DNA of 64,000 nucleotides from Promethearchaeota archaeon (GTDB lineage Archaea; Asgardarchaeota; Lokiarchaeia; Sigyniarchaeales; SOKP01): NCBI GenBank assembly GCA_048940925.1, contig JBHLOC010000005.1, positions 16,978 to 80,977 of the forward strand, read 5' to 3'. Shown piece by piece: positions 62,402 to 64,000 of this stretch (position 1 is its first letter; each line of letters starts with the position of its first letter). The notes under the pieces were generated by a model. It saw only the letters and a program-made list of their open reading frames with translations, ran no database searches and was not told where the DNA came from. The position numbers and the translations under genes were made by a program.

Positions 62402-63124
62402 TTATTTTTGGTTGAGTTTATTAATGAGTATTCGAAAATTATTCTCTAGGTTATAATAGCTTATCATTTCAATTGGTTCTTCAATATTATCTAAGTTGTT
62501 GATATTATGTGTATCGCAACCTATTGCTACAGGAATACTATTTTCTTTCAATTTTTCGAAAAAGATTTTATTTTGAAGAGAGTAATAGCTAGAATAACTT
62601 GAATTGAATTCAAAATAAACATCATTTTTTTTTAGAAAGTTTATCAAAACATCTAGATTTCCATGAATAAAATAAGAAGGATCGAAATGTGCTAATCCTA
62701 GTATTGGAAGATCTAATTGATTTAATGACCTTTTCCAAAATTTAATAGTATTTCTGAGAAAGGCAATAGCTTCAAGATTTTGAAGATACTCGAATATAAT
62801 TATGTCATATTTCTCTGGTTCTATATATTTCTTAATAAAAGTGTCAGAACTTGAAAGATCTATTTCAATCCCTCTAAAAAGGGATAATTTCTTATTATTT
62901 TGTATTAGATAATTTTGACAAATTGAAATTTTATCTAAATATTCTGATATCTTTTGATTATTTTTTAATGTAGAAACCCACGCTTTCCAAGAATTGGTAA
63001 AATGATCAGTGATCGCAATATATTCTAATTTTAATTTTAATGATCTTTTAACGATTTGTTCTATTGAGTTTTTCCCATCAGAAAAAGTCGAATGGATATG
63101 AAGATTTAACCTTGGAAAAATCAT
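62402..63124 (-). CDS. PHP-domain phosphoesterase
   Basis: NLHIHSTFSDG, AITDH, GIE, LAH, GCDTH. Confidence 0.92.
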   Translation of the reverse strand: MIFPRLNLHIHSTFSDGKNSIEQIVKRSLKLKLEYIAITDHFTNSWKAWVSTLKNNQKISEYLDKISICQNYLIQNNKKLSLFRGIEIDLSSSDTFIKKYIEPEKYDIIIFEYLQNLEAIAFLRNTIKFWKRSLNQLDLPILGLAHFDPSYFIHGNLDVLINFLKKNDVYFEFNSSYSSYYSLQNKIFFEKLKENSIPVAIGCDTHNINNLDNIEEPIEMISYYNLENNFRILINKLNQK

Positions 63125-64000
63125 TTAAATTCCAAGTGTTTTTGTTTCACGATTTCTATATAAGCATAATGATCCACTAAATAAGAGTGCCATACTAAAG
63201 AAAACAAGAATTGATATAAAAAGATATTCTCCAGTGGTCTGTGACACTATAATATGCCCCAATGAAATACTTTCTATAGAAAGGATATCCATTGCAAAAA
63301 GTGAGATTAAAATAAATGAAAACATTGAAGAAATTATTTGAACAATCCCAATTATTAAATTTATATAATATATCATTCTAACTTTAGGTTTTTTTAATTC
63401 AATAATTCGACCAATACCAACATCAATTGCAATCTCGTCTTTATTGACTTTTTTTATGAAAAAATAGACTAACTCTTTAAGAGGAATTATATCAAAAAAA
63501 ACAGAACCAATCGCAAAAACACAAAAAAATATTAAAAATCTTGATAAAACTGAGCTATAAATTGATGAGAATCCTTGGATGGGAGAAGATAAAACTCCAA
63601 AATTGTTTATAGCCCATATGGAAATTCCTACAAGAATTATGGCAAAGAATTTTAATCCTGCTAATGTTAATACAATTGAATGGCGATCTGTTATCGTTAG
63701 TAAATAATATGTTATTCCAATAATAAAAATTATCAATCCAAGAATCACAGCATTTGGATTGAGAATAAAAGCTAAAATTAAACAACTAGATCCAACAATT
63801 ACTGGTAAATAGGGAAAAAAAGGTGCTTTAAAAGGGCGATCTAATTCCTTTCTTTTATATCTCAAGCTAACTGCGGCAAAATTTACGAAAGCTAGTCCAA
63901 AGAAATAAATAAAAGTTGTAATATTTGCTGTAAATCCAATGTTAGCAAAAATAATTGCTAAAATTGTAAATATAATCGTAGCTATTGTAGTTATTATTAA
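63125..64000 (-). CDS. Amino-acid permease (APC) family protein, C-terminal part (5' end outside window)
   Basis: LRYKRKELDRPFKAPFFPYLP motif; frame open to the window end. Confidence 0.85.
   Translation of the reverse strand, partial: LIITTIATIIFTILAIIFANIGFTANITTFIYFFGLAFVNFAAVSLRYKRKELDRPFKAPFFPYLPVIVGSSCLILAFILNPNAVILGLIIFIIGITYYLLTITDRHSIVLTLAGLKFFAIILVGISIWAINNFGVLSSPIQGFSSIYSSVLSRFLIFFCVFAIGSVFFDIIPLKELVYFFIKKVNKDEIAIDVGIGRIIELKKPKVRMIYYINLIIGIVQIISSMFSFILISLFAMDILSIESISLGHIIVSQTTGEYLFISILVFFSMALLFSGSLCLYRNRETKTLGI

Noticed and set aside
3212-63785. Many short ORFs nested in or antisense to larger genes (e.g. 6901-7335, 9705-10079, 39216-39599, 49491-49817)
   Set aside because: Shadow frames of well-supported genes with no motifs.

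Overview
AT-rich archaeal chromosome segment, most consistent with an Asgard (Lokiarchaeia-like) genome. It combines archaeal core genes (Sm/Lsm-rpl37e, SepF, tRNA-splicing endonuclease subunit, PINA ATPase, NadA) with eukaryotic-signature-type proteins (longin, roadblock, ubiquitin-like, LRR, WD40, TIR) and GGTGA ribosome-binding sites. No tRNA, rRNA, CRISPR array or transposase was seen. Main observations: (1) A gamma-carbonic-anhydrase-like gene is split by a 31-nt hairpin insert that folds as a relaxed bulge-helix-bulge motif. Its predicted cleavage exactly restores the frame, making it a candidate mRNA intron. (2) A coupled pair of cytoplasmic LRR-TIR genes, one with the catalytic Glu and one pseudo-TIR with an inserted domain, lies divergent from a WD40-membrane protein, a catalytically altered nicotinamidase-like gene and nadA. 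This is a candidate NAD-centred immune or signalling locus. (3) The first 11 kb are gene modules and gene debris separated by five same-orientation copies of a 39-bp palindromic motif. (4) Several conserved genes appear to start at ATC/ATA behind good RBSs. (5) Two tandem sirtuins resemble SIRT6 (class IV). All calls come from reading motifs by eye; no searches were run.
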